The position numbers and the translations under genes were made by a program. Of a stretch of DNA of 64,000 nt, positions 50,641 through 60,480 are shown one piece after another. The notes beneath the pieces are model-generated. The model did no database searches. It was not told the origin of the DNA and was given only the letters and a program-made list of their open reading frames with translations. The stretch is from Candidatus Poribacteria bacterium (GTDB taxonomy: Bacteria > Poribacteria > WGA-4E > PCPOR2b), in contig OZ244587.1 of NCBI GenBank assembly GCA_965218095.1, positions 1,920,001 to 1,984,000 of the forward strand. Reading direction: 5' to 3'. Position 1 is the stretch's first letter. Each line of letters begins with the position of its first letter.

Positions 50641-51825
50641 ATGCGTCCTAAACATTGGTTTTCGCTCATCTTATGTACTGTTTTCATTGGTTTGCTGTTC
50701 TCCCCACAAACGCAAGGGTTCATCCATCGGGAATTTACGATCCGTGAGATTCTCGATGGAAGCACAAACATCGTCTTTGGCAAGATTAAAAGTGTCAATA
50801 CCAAGAAGCTGAATACCATCATTGCGGTGGAAGAGGATGTCAAGGAGGAAAAAATTGATGAGATTAAGCTCAACATTGCCACCGGATGGTACGTCCGTGG
50901 GAGCTCCCCACAGAAAATGACCAAACTTCTCAAGGTTGGCATGCCTCTCATTCTTTTCTACCAGCAGACGCACAGAATCGAAGGTCTAGGGTATTTCGAT
51001 GGCACATGGTTTCGGACCCGCACTGGACACCCCGATGCGTGGTGGACTTTCACTCATCTGTGCCCATATATGCCACGCACATTTAGTGGCACGACCATGG
51101 AATTCCGGGAGGTCATCCGAGCGATCCTTGCCGGTGAGAAATGGGGTGCTGCCCCTGAAAACGCCGTGAAGGTGCTCGTCTTGACCGGTAATAGTACGGC
51201 AACCATGCCAGCCAACAGTCCTGTCCCTGTGCCGACGAATACAGTCAGCTATGAATATAACGCCATCAGATCTGTCCACGAGGCAGGTGAAAAGCCGATG
51301 GCTTATGAGTCCTCTCGCGATCGCTCGCTCCCGGATCTGGACACAGCAGATATCTTGTGGGTTGGTCATGGCGAGATCGCCTATCGGGGCTACTTGCTCA
51401 ACAAAGAAGCCGAGGAGAAAGTCAAAGCCTTTGTGGAAAATGGTGGGCTTGTAGTCGTCAGTGGTCAGGACGCAGATCGGGAAAAGCCCTTTGAAATCGG
51501 CTGGTTGGCGGGAAGTTTGAGCGGTATTGAACATCGCCCGACGCGGGATTTCGAGGTGACTGAACAAGGGAAGAGGCTGTTTGCCGAACCCAATCCGGTT
51601 GAATCAGGGCAACTGTATATTGATGACACCTGGACGGATTGGGATGGAGATTTTGAAGTGCTGGCGACCGCCAACGATGGAAAAGACTTCGTTGTTGGGG
51701 TTCGGAAACATGGCAAGGGGTTGTACATTATTACGAGCTTGCGTAATGATAAACAATCGACCGTCAAGGGGAATAAGAAGCTGATGGAGAATATCCTCTA
51801 TTACGCTGCGAACTGGTCGCAATAG
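50641..51825 (+). CDS. Hypothetical secreted protein with C-terminal class I glutamine amidotransferase-like domain
   Basis: Signal peptide; 'VKAFVENGGLVVV...GKGLYII...LMENIL'. Confidence 0.65.
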   Translation: MRPKHWFSLILCTVFIGLLFSPQTQGFIHREFTIREILDGSTNIVFGKIKSVNTKKLNTIIAVEEDVKEEKIDEIKLNIATGWYVRGSSPQKMTKLLKVGMPLILFYQQTHRIEGLGYFDGTWFRTRTGHPDAWWTFTHLCPYMPRTFSGTTMEFREVIRAILAGEKWGAAPENAVKVLVLTGNSTATMPANSPVPVPTNTVSYEYNAIRSVHEAGEKPMAYESSRDRSLPDLDTADILWVGHGEIAYRGYLLNKEAEEKVKAFVENGGLVVVSGQDADREKPFEIGWLAGSLSGIEHRPTRDFEVTEQGKRLFAEPNPVESGQLYIDDTWTDWDGDFEVLATANDGKDFVVGVRKHGKGLYIITSLRNDKQSTVKGNKKLMENILYYAANWSQ

Positions 51826-51836
51826 ATCAAAAAAGG

Positions 51837-52106
51837 CTAATCGGCTTCGTTGAAGCCTATTTCAATCAATTTCGACAATTCTTCGACGGCTTCTTTTTCG
51901 TCTGGACCTTCTGCGGTAATCGTCAGTTGTGTGCCTTTTCCCGCCGCTAACATCATAATTCCCATAATACTTTTTGCGTTTACTTTCATCAGGCCTTTCT
52001 GCATATAGATGTTGGACGAGAACTGATTTGCAGTTTCGGACAGTATTCCAGCGGGGCGTGCATGTAAGCCAAGCGAATTGCGAACTGTGACTACTTTTTC
52101 AAGCAT
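51837..52106 (-). CDS. ptsH: Phosphocarrier protein HPr
   Basis: GLHARPA and NAKSIMGIMML. Confidence 0.95.
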   Translation of the reverse strand: MLEKVVTVRNSLGLHARPAGILSETANQFSSNIYMQKGLMKVNAKSIMGIMMLAAGKGTQLTITAEGPDEKEAVEELSKLIEIGFNEAD

Positions 52107-52242
52107 GACGACCTTCCTTATCAGCTGATGGGCGATGGGGGTTTGACCGCTCACCTTTCACTATCCACAATCTGGAATCGGCGGATACGCGATAATGCCT
52201 GACTTACCACCTCCACAGGCACGAGCGGCTGGATGCTGAACG

Positions 52243-53262
52243 CTAAATTATTTTCGACCTGGTTGGATGCAGAATTTCACGATGAAGGGTGACATGTTGC
52301 CACTCGTCAAGCACCGTTTCAGCGTTTTGACTACGCATCTCGTCAATGAGGGCTGTGTTGAGGTCTTTTGCTGCGTGAAATCCCAATTTTTGTCCCCAGA
52401 GATTCATCGCTGCAGCTTCGATTAGATTGGAGATATTTCGCCCGGGCGCCACGGGGATGACAACATGCGGTATACGTTCGCTGTGAAAGCCGTAAACATC
52501 ATTATCAAGCCCCGTCCGATTGTACGCCTTATTTTCGTCCCAAAGTTCGAGCGTCACGACAAGCTCAACCTGCGTGCGATCTCCGACCGCAGTGACACCA
52601 AAGAGGGCAATCACATCAATAATTCCTAAGCCACGAACTTCCATGTAGTGCTTCAGCGGTTGGGCGCGCATCCCGAAAACACGGTGCCCTGATACGCGTT
52701 TCAAAAGAACGGTATCGTCGGCAATGAGGCGATGCCCCTTTTGCAGGAGTTCTAGGGCGCATTCGCTTTTGCCAATCCCACTTTCACCGAGGATTAACAC
52801 GCCAACCCCAAACACATCGACTAAATTCCCATGGAGATACTCCGACGGACCAAATTCATCTTCGAGGAATAGCAGCAGCCGTGTTGTAAAAATCGCAGAT
52901 GATAGGCGAGTGGTCAAGATTGGCACATGCGCTCCGTTACCAACGGCAATAAGTTCTGGAGAGGTTGGTAGACCGCTCGTGACAACGACACACGGGATGG
53001 GATATAAAAGCAATTTTTTTAATACGTCAGATCGGGCAGAAGAAGAAAGGCTTTCTAGATACGACATTTCCCCGTGTCCCAAAATCTGGACACGCTCATG
53101 CCCAAAGTGGTCATAATGTCCACAAAGAGCAAGTCCCGGACGATTTGATTCCGCTGTTTTGATTTCGCGATCTAGTCCATCATGCCCGGCGGCAATCTCA
53201 AGCTGCAGTTCATAACCCGCATATTTAATCAACTGATGAACTGTCATTATATGGTCTGGCAT
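52243..53262 (-). CDS. hprK: HPr kinase/phosphorylase
   Basis: NRPGLAL, GESGIGKSE.ALEL, HRLIADD, EVRGLGII, PVAPGRN. Confidence 0.95.
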   Translation of the reverse strand: MPDHIMTVHQLIKYAGYELQLEIAAGHDGLDREIKTAESNRPGLALCGHYDHFGHERVQILGHGEMSYLESLSSSARSDVLKKLLLYPIPCVVVTSGLPTSPELIAVGNGAHVPILTTRLSSAIFTTRLLLFLEDEFGPSEYLHGNLVDVFGVGVLILGESGIGKSECALELLQKGHRLIADDTVLLKRVSGHRVFGMRAQPLKHYMEVRGLGIIDVIALFGVTAVGDRTQVELVVTLELWDENKAYNRTGLDNDVYGFHSERIPHVVIPVAPGRNISNLIEAAAMNLWGQKLGFHAAKDLNTALIDEMRSQNAETVLDEWQHVTLHREILHPTRSKII

Positions 53263-53282
53263 TCGACCGTTCCTCTGGCAGA

Positions 53283-53852
53283 TTACGCAAACTGAGGTTC
53301 AACCCAGCCATATTCGCCATTGTCTTCTTCATACACAAGATTGACTTGATTCGTCTGAGCATTCAAGAAAAGAAGCAATGAGTCCCCGGAAATCCGGAGC
53401 TGCATCACAGCTTCTTCCAGGGTCATTGGCTTGGTTGCAAACTTCTCGGGGGCGCTGAAGAGAGAAAGCGACGCATCTGCCGAATCATCCGTATCAGATT
53501 TCAGTGGTACCACTTCCCCATCCCCACTGAGTTGAACCGCTACATCGCGCCGAGCCAGACGATGTCGACGGTCCTTTAGCCGTTCTTTATGACGGCGAAT
53601 CTGTTCCTCAACTTTGTTCATCACATCGTCGAGCGACGAAAACAGATCATGTGTTTCGGCTTCCGCATGGAAAGTCGCCTTTCGCGTTGCGAGCGTAATC
53701 TCAGTTGAGTAGCGGTGTTTCTCCAATTCTATAACAACCTGCAAATCAACAATACGCTTAAAGATCGCTTCAACTTTCCCGGCCCGCCTTTCAATATAAG
53801 CTCGAATATCATCCGTAATTTCAAGGTGACGACCGGTAATATGGGTGTGCAT
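53283..53852 (-). CDS. hpf: Ribosome hibernation promoting factor (long HPF)
   Basis: ITGRHLEITD, QIRRHKERL, KPMTLEEAVMQL. Confidence 0.92.
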   Translation of the reverse strand: MHTHITGRHLEITDDIRAYIERRAGKVEAIFKRIVDLQVVIELEKHRYSTEITLATRKATFHAEAETHDLFSSLDDVMNKVEEQIRRHKERLKDRRHRLARRDVAVQLSGDGEVVPLKSDTDDSADASLSLFSAPEKFATKPMTLEEAVMQLRISGDSLLLFLNAQTNQVNLVYEEDNGEYGWVEPQFA

Positions 53853-53927
53853 CTCAGGCCCCCTTTTATTGAATTGACACTTGATTATCGATTAAAGATT
53901 CGTCAATGACCAATTGTTGATTATCAG

Positions 53928-55631
53928 TTACCATTTTCGCTTTCTTTTGCTCGACGGGAGGATATCAAGTTCTTCGCGGTATTTTGCAACTGTTCGTCTT
54001 GCGGCACGGATGCCCTGGGCTTTCAACGCATCAGCGATTGCCCGATCACTCAACGGTTTCGCCAGATCTTCTTTCGCAATCATCTCCTTAATCTTCTCTT
54101 TGACTATGGTAGCAGACACATTCGACCCGGAGTCGGTCGGGAGTTCGCCGCTGAAAAAGTATTTCAACCTGTAGGTACCTTGAGGCGTTTCAACATACTT
54201 ATTCGATGTGACCCGGCTGACTGTTGATTCATGGACGCCAGCCATTTCTGCTATCTGCTTCAGCACTAAAGGTTTAAGCCCTTTAACGCCCTGTTCAAGG
54301 AAATCCGCTTGCACTTCAAAAATGGCTTCCGTTACCCTTGCTATCGTCTGGCGACGCTGGACAACACTTTGTAACAGGTCTCTTGCCTGGGCTCTACGAT
54401 TCTCTAGCCACCCTTTCGTTTCATCATCTAAGTTCTTCTTTCCATTCGTCATCCAATCAATATAGACTGGATTTAAACGAAGTCGAGGCATGCCGTCGTC
54501 ATTTGTTAGGACCCGGTATTTTCCGTCGACTTTTTCAATGATGACATCAGGTATGATTGCCTGGGGGGCCCTTGGATCTGTCGGATCCGAGAAGTGGCGT
54601 CCGGGATAAGGATCCAAGCGACTCATTGATTCACATGCTTCGACCACTTTACTGATCTCTATATCGAGTGCTTGGGCGATACGCTGCAGGTGATTATTCA
54701 ACAGATCATCAAAGTGATTCCTGATAATTTCTTCGCCGAGAGGATTATCAATCTGAGCGGCTTTCATCTGTATCAGAAGGGTTTCTGGAATTGTCCGGTA
54801 AGCGATGCCGGTGGGTTCAAAATTATTCTGGATGAAGTATAAGACATCTTCTACCTCATCGACTTCACAACCGACCGCAGTCGCAATGTCTTCGAGGGTG
54901 ATGTTGTAAATATTTAACTGATTATCCTCCTTCTTAACGGTGCAGGTCTGTTCATTGTCCTCATCAGTTATCAGCCATCCACTATCTTCAGATTTCACAG
55001 TAACAGTAACATTTTGAGACAGCGAAATCTTATTATTTTCAAGTGCCTTACGCAGCCCTTTTTCGATTTTTGTTCGCAGACTTTCTGAGAGAACGCCGCT
55101 GTCCAAATCACTTTGAAACTCCAAATCTATACTAAACAGAGGGACAACCTTGAACTGACCGTTATCGTCAAGATTGCCAATAATCTGCTCACCAATTCTC
55201 CGTTCCGTCTCTGAAAAGGGAGCGACATTGAGTTGCCCCATTAGAAAATCAGGCAGCGATTCAGGTTGAGCGATATCCACCGGACGCCCATCCGCGTTCT
55301 CCCAATGTTCAAACGTGGCTTTTTCACTCAAGTTAATCATGTCATCAAAGCAGTTTTCCCACTCAATATCTGGCTCCTTATCTTCACGGTCGACAATCTC
55401 TTCAGGTTCATTCCATTGGGTATCCGGATCGAGTCCTTCTAAATCCGTGATCTCTTCGATCTCGCCATCATCCGGTACCTCCTCTAAGAGCGGATTTTGC
55501 TCCAATTGCTGACTCAAGTGTTGCGTCAGATCCAGCCGTGACATCAGAAGTACCTGAATCGCTTGCTGTAGTTTGGGCGTCATGACCAGCCGGTGCTGTA
55601 AGCTCACGGTTTGTCTCATTCCAATGTTCAT
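53928..55631 (-). CDS. rpoN: RNA polymerase sigma-54 factor with an ~80-aa insertion
   Basis: Gln/Leu-rich region I, HESTVSR, RpoN box ARRTVAKYRE. Confidence 0.96.
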   Translation of the reverse strand: MNIGMRQTVSLQHRLVMTPKLQQAIQVLLMSRLDLTQHLSQQLEQNPLLEEVPDDGEIEEITDLEGLDPDTQWNEPEEIVDREDKEPDIEWENCFDDMINLSEKATFEHWENADGRPVDIAQPESLPDFLMGQLNVAPFSETERRIGEQIIGNLDDNGQFKVVPLFSIDLEFQSDLDSGVLSESLRTKIEKGLRKALENNKISLSQNVTVTVKSEDSGWLITDEDNEQTCTVKKEDNQLNIYNITLEDIATAVGCEVDEVEDVLYFIQNNFEPTGIAYRTIPETLLIQMKAAQIDNPLGEEIIRNHFDDLLNNHLQRIAQALDIEISKVVEACESMSRLDPYPGRHFSDPTDPRAPQAIIPDVIIEKVDGKYRVLTNDDGMPRLRLNPVYIDWMTNGKKNLDDETKGWLENRRAQARDLLQSVVQRRQTIARVTEAIFEVQADFLEQGVKGLKPLVLKQIAEMAGVHESTVSRVTSNKYVETPQGTYRLKYFFSGELPTDSGSNVSATIVKEKIKEMIAKEDLAKPLSDRAIADALKAQGIRAARRTVAKYREELDILPSSKRKRKW

Positions 55632-55682
55632 GACTTAATCTCCTCAACGGCCGCAACGCAACCTACTGCTTATGACTTTATA

Positions 55683-57038
55683 TCACAGCTGTTTTGCTAA
55701 AATGTAACCTATTAGCAGTCCTATGATTAACCAACCCCAACGTATTGCCATCAACTTTGATAATTTCTCCGAAAAAAATTGATTTGACTCACTTAGCGTG
55801 GTTTTCACCTCGCCTATTAGTGACGTTTCATTTTCGGATTCAGATCCAATCAATTTCTGGAATATGATTTTTACCTTCTTCTGAAGAAACTCTAGCTGCC
55901 TATTGGCTCTTAGTATTGGGTCTTCAATTTCATTAAATGGGACGTCACCATCTTCATCTGCAAACCATTCGGGATGTTCCTGCGTAAATCGTTCTACTTG
56001 CCACCTGAAGGCATTGGGATAGTCTAACTCGTGATGTGGATGTTTATAATCCCAACAACATCGATCCAACTCCTCCCGAACGGCCTTATTTATATAGAGT
56101 TCCGGATTATATAATGCTCCATCAAGAAATTTGTCATTGTCTTTTTCAAACAATTCCCTTACTTCTTCTGGTTTGTGTGCGCTGAACCTACGATAATATG
56201 ATTCTCTCAAAACAATGTCATCGCTGTCTTTTAACGACTCAAATTCGGATCCATATTCTTCGATCAGTCTAGCTAGGGCAAAACGGCAACGTTCAAAACA
56301 CCAATCGCTTCCTATATCCCATCTTTTTATTGTTGCAAACACATCCATGTCGTGAGGTCTGGATGGGATTAACTTGTTTCCGAGTTCAGAAAGTACGCCT
56401 ACAGAGTCGTTGTCTACTGGCAGAGTTTCAAACAGTTTCCAACTAGCGGTGAATACCGCGTCATATGACATCTCGCTCATAAAATCCTGTTCTCCATCAT
56501 ACGGGGTGCCAAGACGGGGATTAGAAGTAGTGTACTGTAATGCCATAAGCCATTGTAGATCTGTCAGACTTTCGAAAGGTGCTCGTCTTTCGTATAAGGA
56601 CACTAGCAACCTATCAGGAATAAATTTGTTTAACAAAAACGATTCCAGTAATTCCTGTTCATCATCAAAAGACTCTAGAATTTCCTTTAAGACTTCATGC
56701 AACCAAGTGCGTGAGAAAACACGCCCCGCAACGGAGGGACCGGCCAACACCGCTTTCTTTATCGTGCGGTCACCATTCCTAAAAAGGCTCAACGCTGTCT
56801 CTCCTGATAAATTTGCATACAATGCCAAACCTAGGTTTATTAAGGGCTCATGACGTTCAACTAGAACTTTTTCAATTTCTTCTGCTATCTTTACGGAGTA
56901 GTGTATTTCTGTTATACTTGCGTCGTGGTATTTCGACATGTTTTCTCTTAACCACTTAAAGACCACGTCCGCACTTGCATGAGAGAGCCAGTACGATGTA
57001 AATTCGTGATTTTCCATCATCTTATCTTTTTCCATCAC
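55683..57038 (-). CDS. Hypothetical helical protein with C-terminal TM anchor, inserted between lptB and rpoN
   Basis: 451-aa intact ORF, visibly more AT-rich than its neighbours. Confidence 0.7.
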   Translation of the reverse strand: MMEKDKMMENHEFTSYWLSHASADVVFKWLRENMSKYHDASITEIHYSVKIAEEIEKVLVERHEPLINLGLALYANLSGETALSLFRNGDRTIKKAVLAGPSVAGRVFSRTWLHEVLKEILESFDDEQELLESFLLNKFIPDRLLVSLYERRAPFESLTDLQWLMALQYTTSNPRLGTPYDGEQDFMSEMSYDAVFTASWKLFETLPVDNDSVGVLSELGNKLIPSRPHDMDVFATIKRWDIGSDWCFERCRFALARLIEEYGSEFESLKDSDDIVLRESYYRRFSAHKPEEVRELFEKDNDKFLDGALYNPELYINKAVREELDRCCWDYKHPHHELDYPNAFRWQVERFTQEHPEWFADEDGDVPFNEIEDPILRANRQLEFLQKKVKIIFQKLIGSESENETSLIGEVKTTLSESNQFFSEKLSKLMAIRWGWLIIGLLIGYILAKQL

Positions 57039-57095
57039 GCTGATAGTACCTTCTTTGTCCCATCGCTGTACGGCAGGTATCCGCAGATGATTGCG

Positions 57096-57839
57096 TTATA
57101 TCCGGTCTCGACGCAGTTCAAAGTTATGCCCGAAGTAAAGTTCCCTGGCAACTTCGTTTTCAACCAATGCCTCAGGGGCGCCATCAAGCGTGATTTTGCC
57201 ATCTGTAATCAGATAGGCGCGATCAACAATCCCCAAGGTCTCTGCTGCGTTGTGATCTGTTATTAAGATGCCCAGATTCCGATCGCGTAGGTGTAAAATC
57301 AGGCGCTTAATATCTTGAACCGCAAGTGGATCTATGCCCGAAAATGGCTCATCTAATAACATAAAAGACGGAGAAGCTGCAAGTGATCTGGCTATTTCAG
57401 CGCGGCGACATTCGCCCCCCGAAAGAGTATACGCTTTACGATTCGCTAACTGGGAAATGCCAAGTTCTTCCATCAGTTGTTCGCTTCGCTGTTCACGCTC
57501 GTCTTTGGGAATATCAAGCACCTCTAAAATAGCTTCGATGTTCTGTCTGACTGTCAGCTTCCGAAAGATTGAAGATTCTTGCGCGAGATACCCAATGCCT
57601 CGTCGTGAGCGTTTATACATCGGCAAAAATGTGATGTCTTCGCCATCATAAACAATCCGCCCTGCATTTGGGCGAATAAGCCCAACAACCATATAAAATG
57701 TGGTTGACTTTCCTGCCCCGTTTGGTCCGAGCAAACCAACAATCTCACCTGTTTGAACTTCAAGGCTCACTTGATTGACAACTATGGGCCCCCGCCTTGA
57801 ATAGCTTTTGACAAGTTCATGGGTTTGAAGTATCGACAT
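57096..57839 (-). CDS. lptB: LPS export ABC transporter ATP-binding protein
   Basis: GPNGAGKSTTFYM, YLAQESSIFRKL, DEPFSGIDP, ITDHN. Confidence 0.95.
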   Translation of the reverse strand: MSILQTHELVKSYSRRGPIVVNQVSLEVQTGEIVGLLGPNGAGKSTTFYMVVGLIRPNAGRIVYDGEDITFLPMYKRSRRGIGYLAQESSIFRKLTVRQNIEAILEVLDIPKDEREQRSEQLMEELGISQLANRKAYTLSGGECRRAEIARSLAASPSFMLLDEPFSGIDPLAVQDIKRLILHLRDRNLGILITDHNAAETLGIVDRAYLITDGKITLDGAPEALVENEVARELYFGHNFELRRDRI

Positions 57840-58446
57840 TATCTTCTTCCTTCTGGTCTGACTCGGATTTCTTTTTTTCCTTGACGCGAACCTTGAATTT
57901 TATGTTTCCTTTTCCTATCCGTTTACCGGTACGGCGGTTAAACGTGAAAAAATCTGCTTCCAATCGATCTTCATTTTGGAGAACGACAACGTTATCGTGA
58001 AGCTCTATCATATCAGTGATGTGGTCCAAGATCGCGTGCTCACAAGTGGCAAAGGTATCCCCATCGCGAAGCTCGACGTTTCCTTCAGCAACGGTTTGGG
58101 TCGTTTCATTCGTCTCAACATCTTCATAGATGGTCACTTTATTGGCATTTAGGAAACCGTCAGGTCGGTTGATTTTAACATTACCCGTTAAAATGGTCCA
58201 GCCTTCCCCTTCATTTTGCTCAAACTCATCTGATGTTCCTTCAATTGTATCTTCTTCGTCGATTTCGTCGGTACTGTTGTCGCTGTCTTCCTCCTGCGGT
58301 GGTAGAAATGTCTCTGGTTCATCAGTTTCAGCAGCGCCTTTGAGCAAAAAGGAGGAGATAAACGTCAAACTGATTGCGCAAAGCAACAGTGCGAGGTAAC
58401 GGGACATTTTTGCGAAATCAATTCTCTGTTGCATCGATCTTTTCAT
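57817..58446 (-). CDS. lptA: LptA/OstA family protein
   Basis: OstA beta-jellyroll pattern (LTGNVKI, AEGNVEL); lies between lptC and lptB. Confidence 0.8.
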   Translation of the reverse strand: MKRSMQQRIDFAKMSRYLALLLCAISLTFISSFLLKGAAETDEPETFLPPQEEDSDNSTDEIDEEDTIEGTSDEFEQNEGEGWTILTGNVKINRPDGFLNANKVTIYEDVETNETTQTVAEGNVELRDGDTFATCEHAILDHITDMIELHDNVVVLQNEDRLEADFFTFNRRTGKRIGKGNIKFKVRVKEKKKSESDQKEEDNVDTSNP

Positions 58447-58999
58447 CCTTTGGGTAGATTTTGAATTGGGTATTTTTCATCGTAACAACTTCAAGCGTAG
58501 GATCGGCTTCCATTTCTCGACCAACCATTGTTGAGTCGCCACGCACAATCCTGGATTCATTCGGGGCATACAATTTGCCATCTTGATTTCGCCAATGAAG
58601 TTCATCGGTGTACAGCACTCCATCTTGACTCGTCCCAACGACATTATCAAAGACGTTAATATCATTGCTCGACTGAATAATCTCGCCGCGATCGCCTGTC
58701 ACCGTAATTGCCCACTTGCCGTTTTGAAAAATCTGGAGTGTTGGTTTTTGAACATACCCAATCTCTTTCAGGAATTCTGCTGAATCCGCAGCGAGCGTCC
58801 ACCGCGTTATGCCTGCTTCCGTGTGTTTGGTCGAGAAGTTGTGTAGTATTTGTTGAGGAATTTCTTCGACAGGTTGCGTCGGTTCTTCGCGACTCTTATC
58901 ACAACCAATGCAGGGTAAAATCAACGCAACAATCAATGCGGCTGATACGAGAAAACGTGGGCCGTGATACGTAATGCGTAAAACGTAAGGTTCGTCCAT
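58418..58999 (-). CDS. lptC: LPS export periplasmic protein LptC
   Basis: TM, 'WTLAADSA', 'LYTDELHW...IVRG...VG..MEAD'. Confidence 0.82.
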   Translation of the reverse strand: MDEPYVLRITYHGPRFLVSAALIVALILPCIGCDKSREEPTQPVEEIPQQILHNFSTKHTEAGITRWTLAADSAEFLKEIGYVQKPTLQIFQNGKWAITVTGDRGEIIQSSNDINVFDNVVGTSQDGVLYTDELHWRNQDGKLYAPNESRIVRGDSTMVGREMEADPTLEVVTMKNTQFKIYPKDEKIDATEN

Positions 59000-59006
59000 T
59001 CGCCGA

Positions 59007-59894
59007 TTATTTAGGCTGTGTTTTCCAACGTTCATGCATCCAGATCCATTGCTCCGGGTAACGTCGAATATAAGATTCGATCACCTTTGTGAACCTCTGG
59101 GTGTTGACCAGGAGATCTTGCCCTCGATCGCCGCTCCATTGCAGGGGTAATGGGGCTTCGACAACTGCACGGTGTGAATCATCGGGTTGACGGATAATAA
59201 AAGTTGGCAAAATCGCAGCCCCCGTCTTGAGCGCAATAGCTGCGGGACTATAAGGCGTATAGGCAGGTCTGCCGAAAAAATCCACGAAAACCCCTTGGGT
59301 ACGTGTGTCTACATCCGCGAGAATGGCGATCAGTTCGTTCCGCTTCAAGCAGCGTAAGGCATCGCGAACTGATCTATCCCGATCTATGCCTTGCCATCCA
59401 ACCTTTTCCCGATAATCACTAACAATGGCGTCTAAACGCTTCGATCGTAACTGACGGGTGATGCCACGGATTGTATAGCTGTTTGCAAGGATGCTGGCAC
59501 CGAGAAGTTCCCAATTACCAAAATGTGCCGTCAGGATGATTGCGCCTTTACCTTGAGCGAGCGCGCGATCGATATGCTCTCTGCCTTCAAAGGTAACAAA
59601 CTGATGGATTTTCTCAGGAGACATGCAAGGAAACTGCATGAATTCCATCAAGTTTTTACCCATGTTGTGAAAACAATGTCGAACGAGTTGGCCTACTACA
59701 ATCGGGTCATCAAGCTGAAGGCTTTGTTTAAGATGCTTGTAGGCTCGATCCCTTTCGTGGCGCGAGAACCAAAAGACAATTGTTGCCAGATGAACACCGA
59801 TGGATAGCGCCATCTTACGAGGCAATCGAGCGATGCATCGACCTATACATTTTGCCGCAAATGCGTAACGGTAATCCTTGAGAGTACGCCACAT
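59007..59894 (-). CDS. Lipid A/lysophospholipid acyltransferase (LpxL/HtrB family)
   Basis: TAHFGNWE, FVDFFGRPA, PEQWIWMHERWK. Confidence 0.92.
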   Translation of the reverse strand: MWRTLKDYRYAFAAKCIGRCIARLPRKMALSIGVHLATIVFWFSRHERDRAYKHLKQSLQLDDPIVVGQLVRHCFHNMGKNLMEFMQFPCMSPEKIHQFVTFEGREHIDRALAQGKGAIILTAHFGNWELLGASILANSYTIRGITRQLRSKRLDAIVSDYREKVGWQGIDRDRSVRDALRCLKRNELIAILADVDTRTQGVFVDFFGRPAYTPYSPAAIALKTGAAILPTFIIRQPDDSHRAVVEAPLPLQWSGDRGQDLLVNTQRFTKVIESYIRRYPEQWIWMHERWKTQPK

Positions 59895-60378
59895 ACTTTG
59901 TATTTGGTAGGTGTATTATAGCAAATCCAACCTTCAATGACAAGGGAATTTATGGTGAATTGGGAGGAATTAGGGAACAGTTGGCATAAAATTTGATACT
60001 TGGCGTGATTCTTTCAATTTTTCTGATTCCCTTTTCGTTCCAACGGCGTTAAATCAAAAAAGGTGTCTTCGAAGAGAAAAGCTATCCCCTTTGAAAACGC
60101 TATCAGGAAGATTGTAGCAAACTTTCAGAGTTGCGTCGAGAAAATTATCCGAATTTTTTACTTAATCGTGGGGTTTAAGTTTGTTAGAATAATTTAATCT
60201 CCCTACATCATCAAATCGTCTCGAAAGGTGGTGCAAAGTCATGCGAGAAATGCTTAAACAGATCCGCTTTAGTGAACAAAATAGCATATCGGAAAATCAG
60301 GGAACTCGTCTTGACTCTGTCCATCTTTCTTTTGGGAGGGTTAGAACGGCTGCTTAAATCTCGTTTGGTGTAATGTAG

Positions 60379-60420
60379 AAAAGCCCGTAAGGCTGAGTTT
60401 CCTTGCGGGCTTTTTTATTT
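60379..60420 (+). terminator. Intrinsic terminator just upstream of rsgA
   Basis: AAGCCCGTAAGG-loop-CCTTGCGGGCTTTTTT. Confidence 0.75.
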
Positions 60421-60480
60421 GGCACCCTCAATCTGAGATGGGGTTGCATCTCAGATGGATACCTTGTGAGGTTATATTTT

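Noticed and set aside
54906-55150. Intein in RpoN
   Set aside because: No splice-junction residues, and too short.
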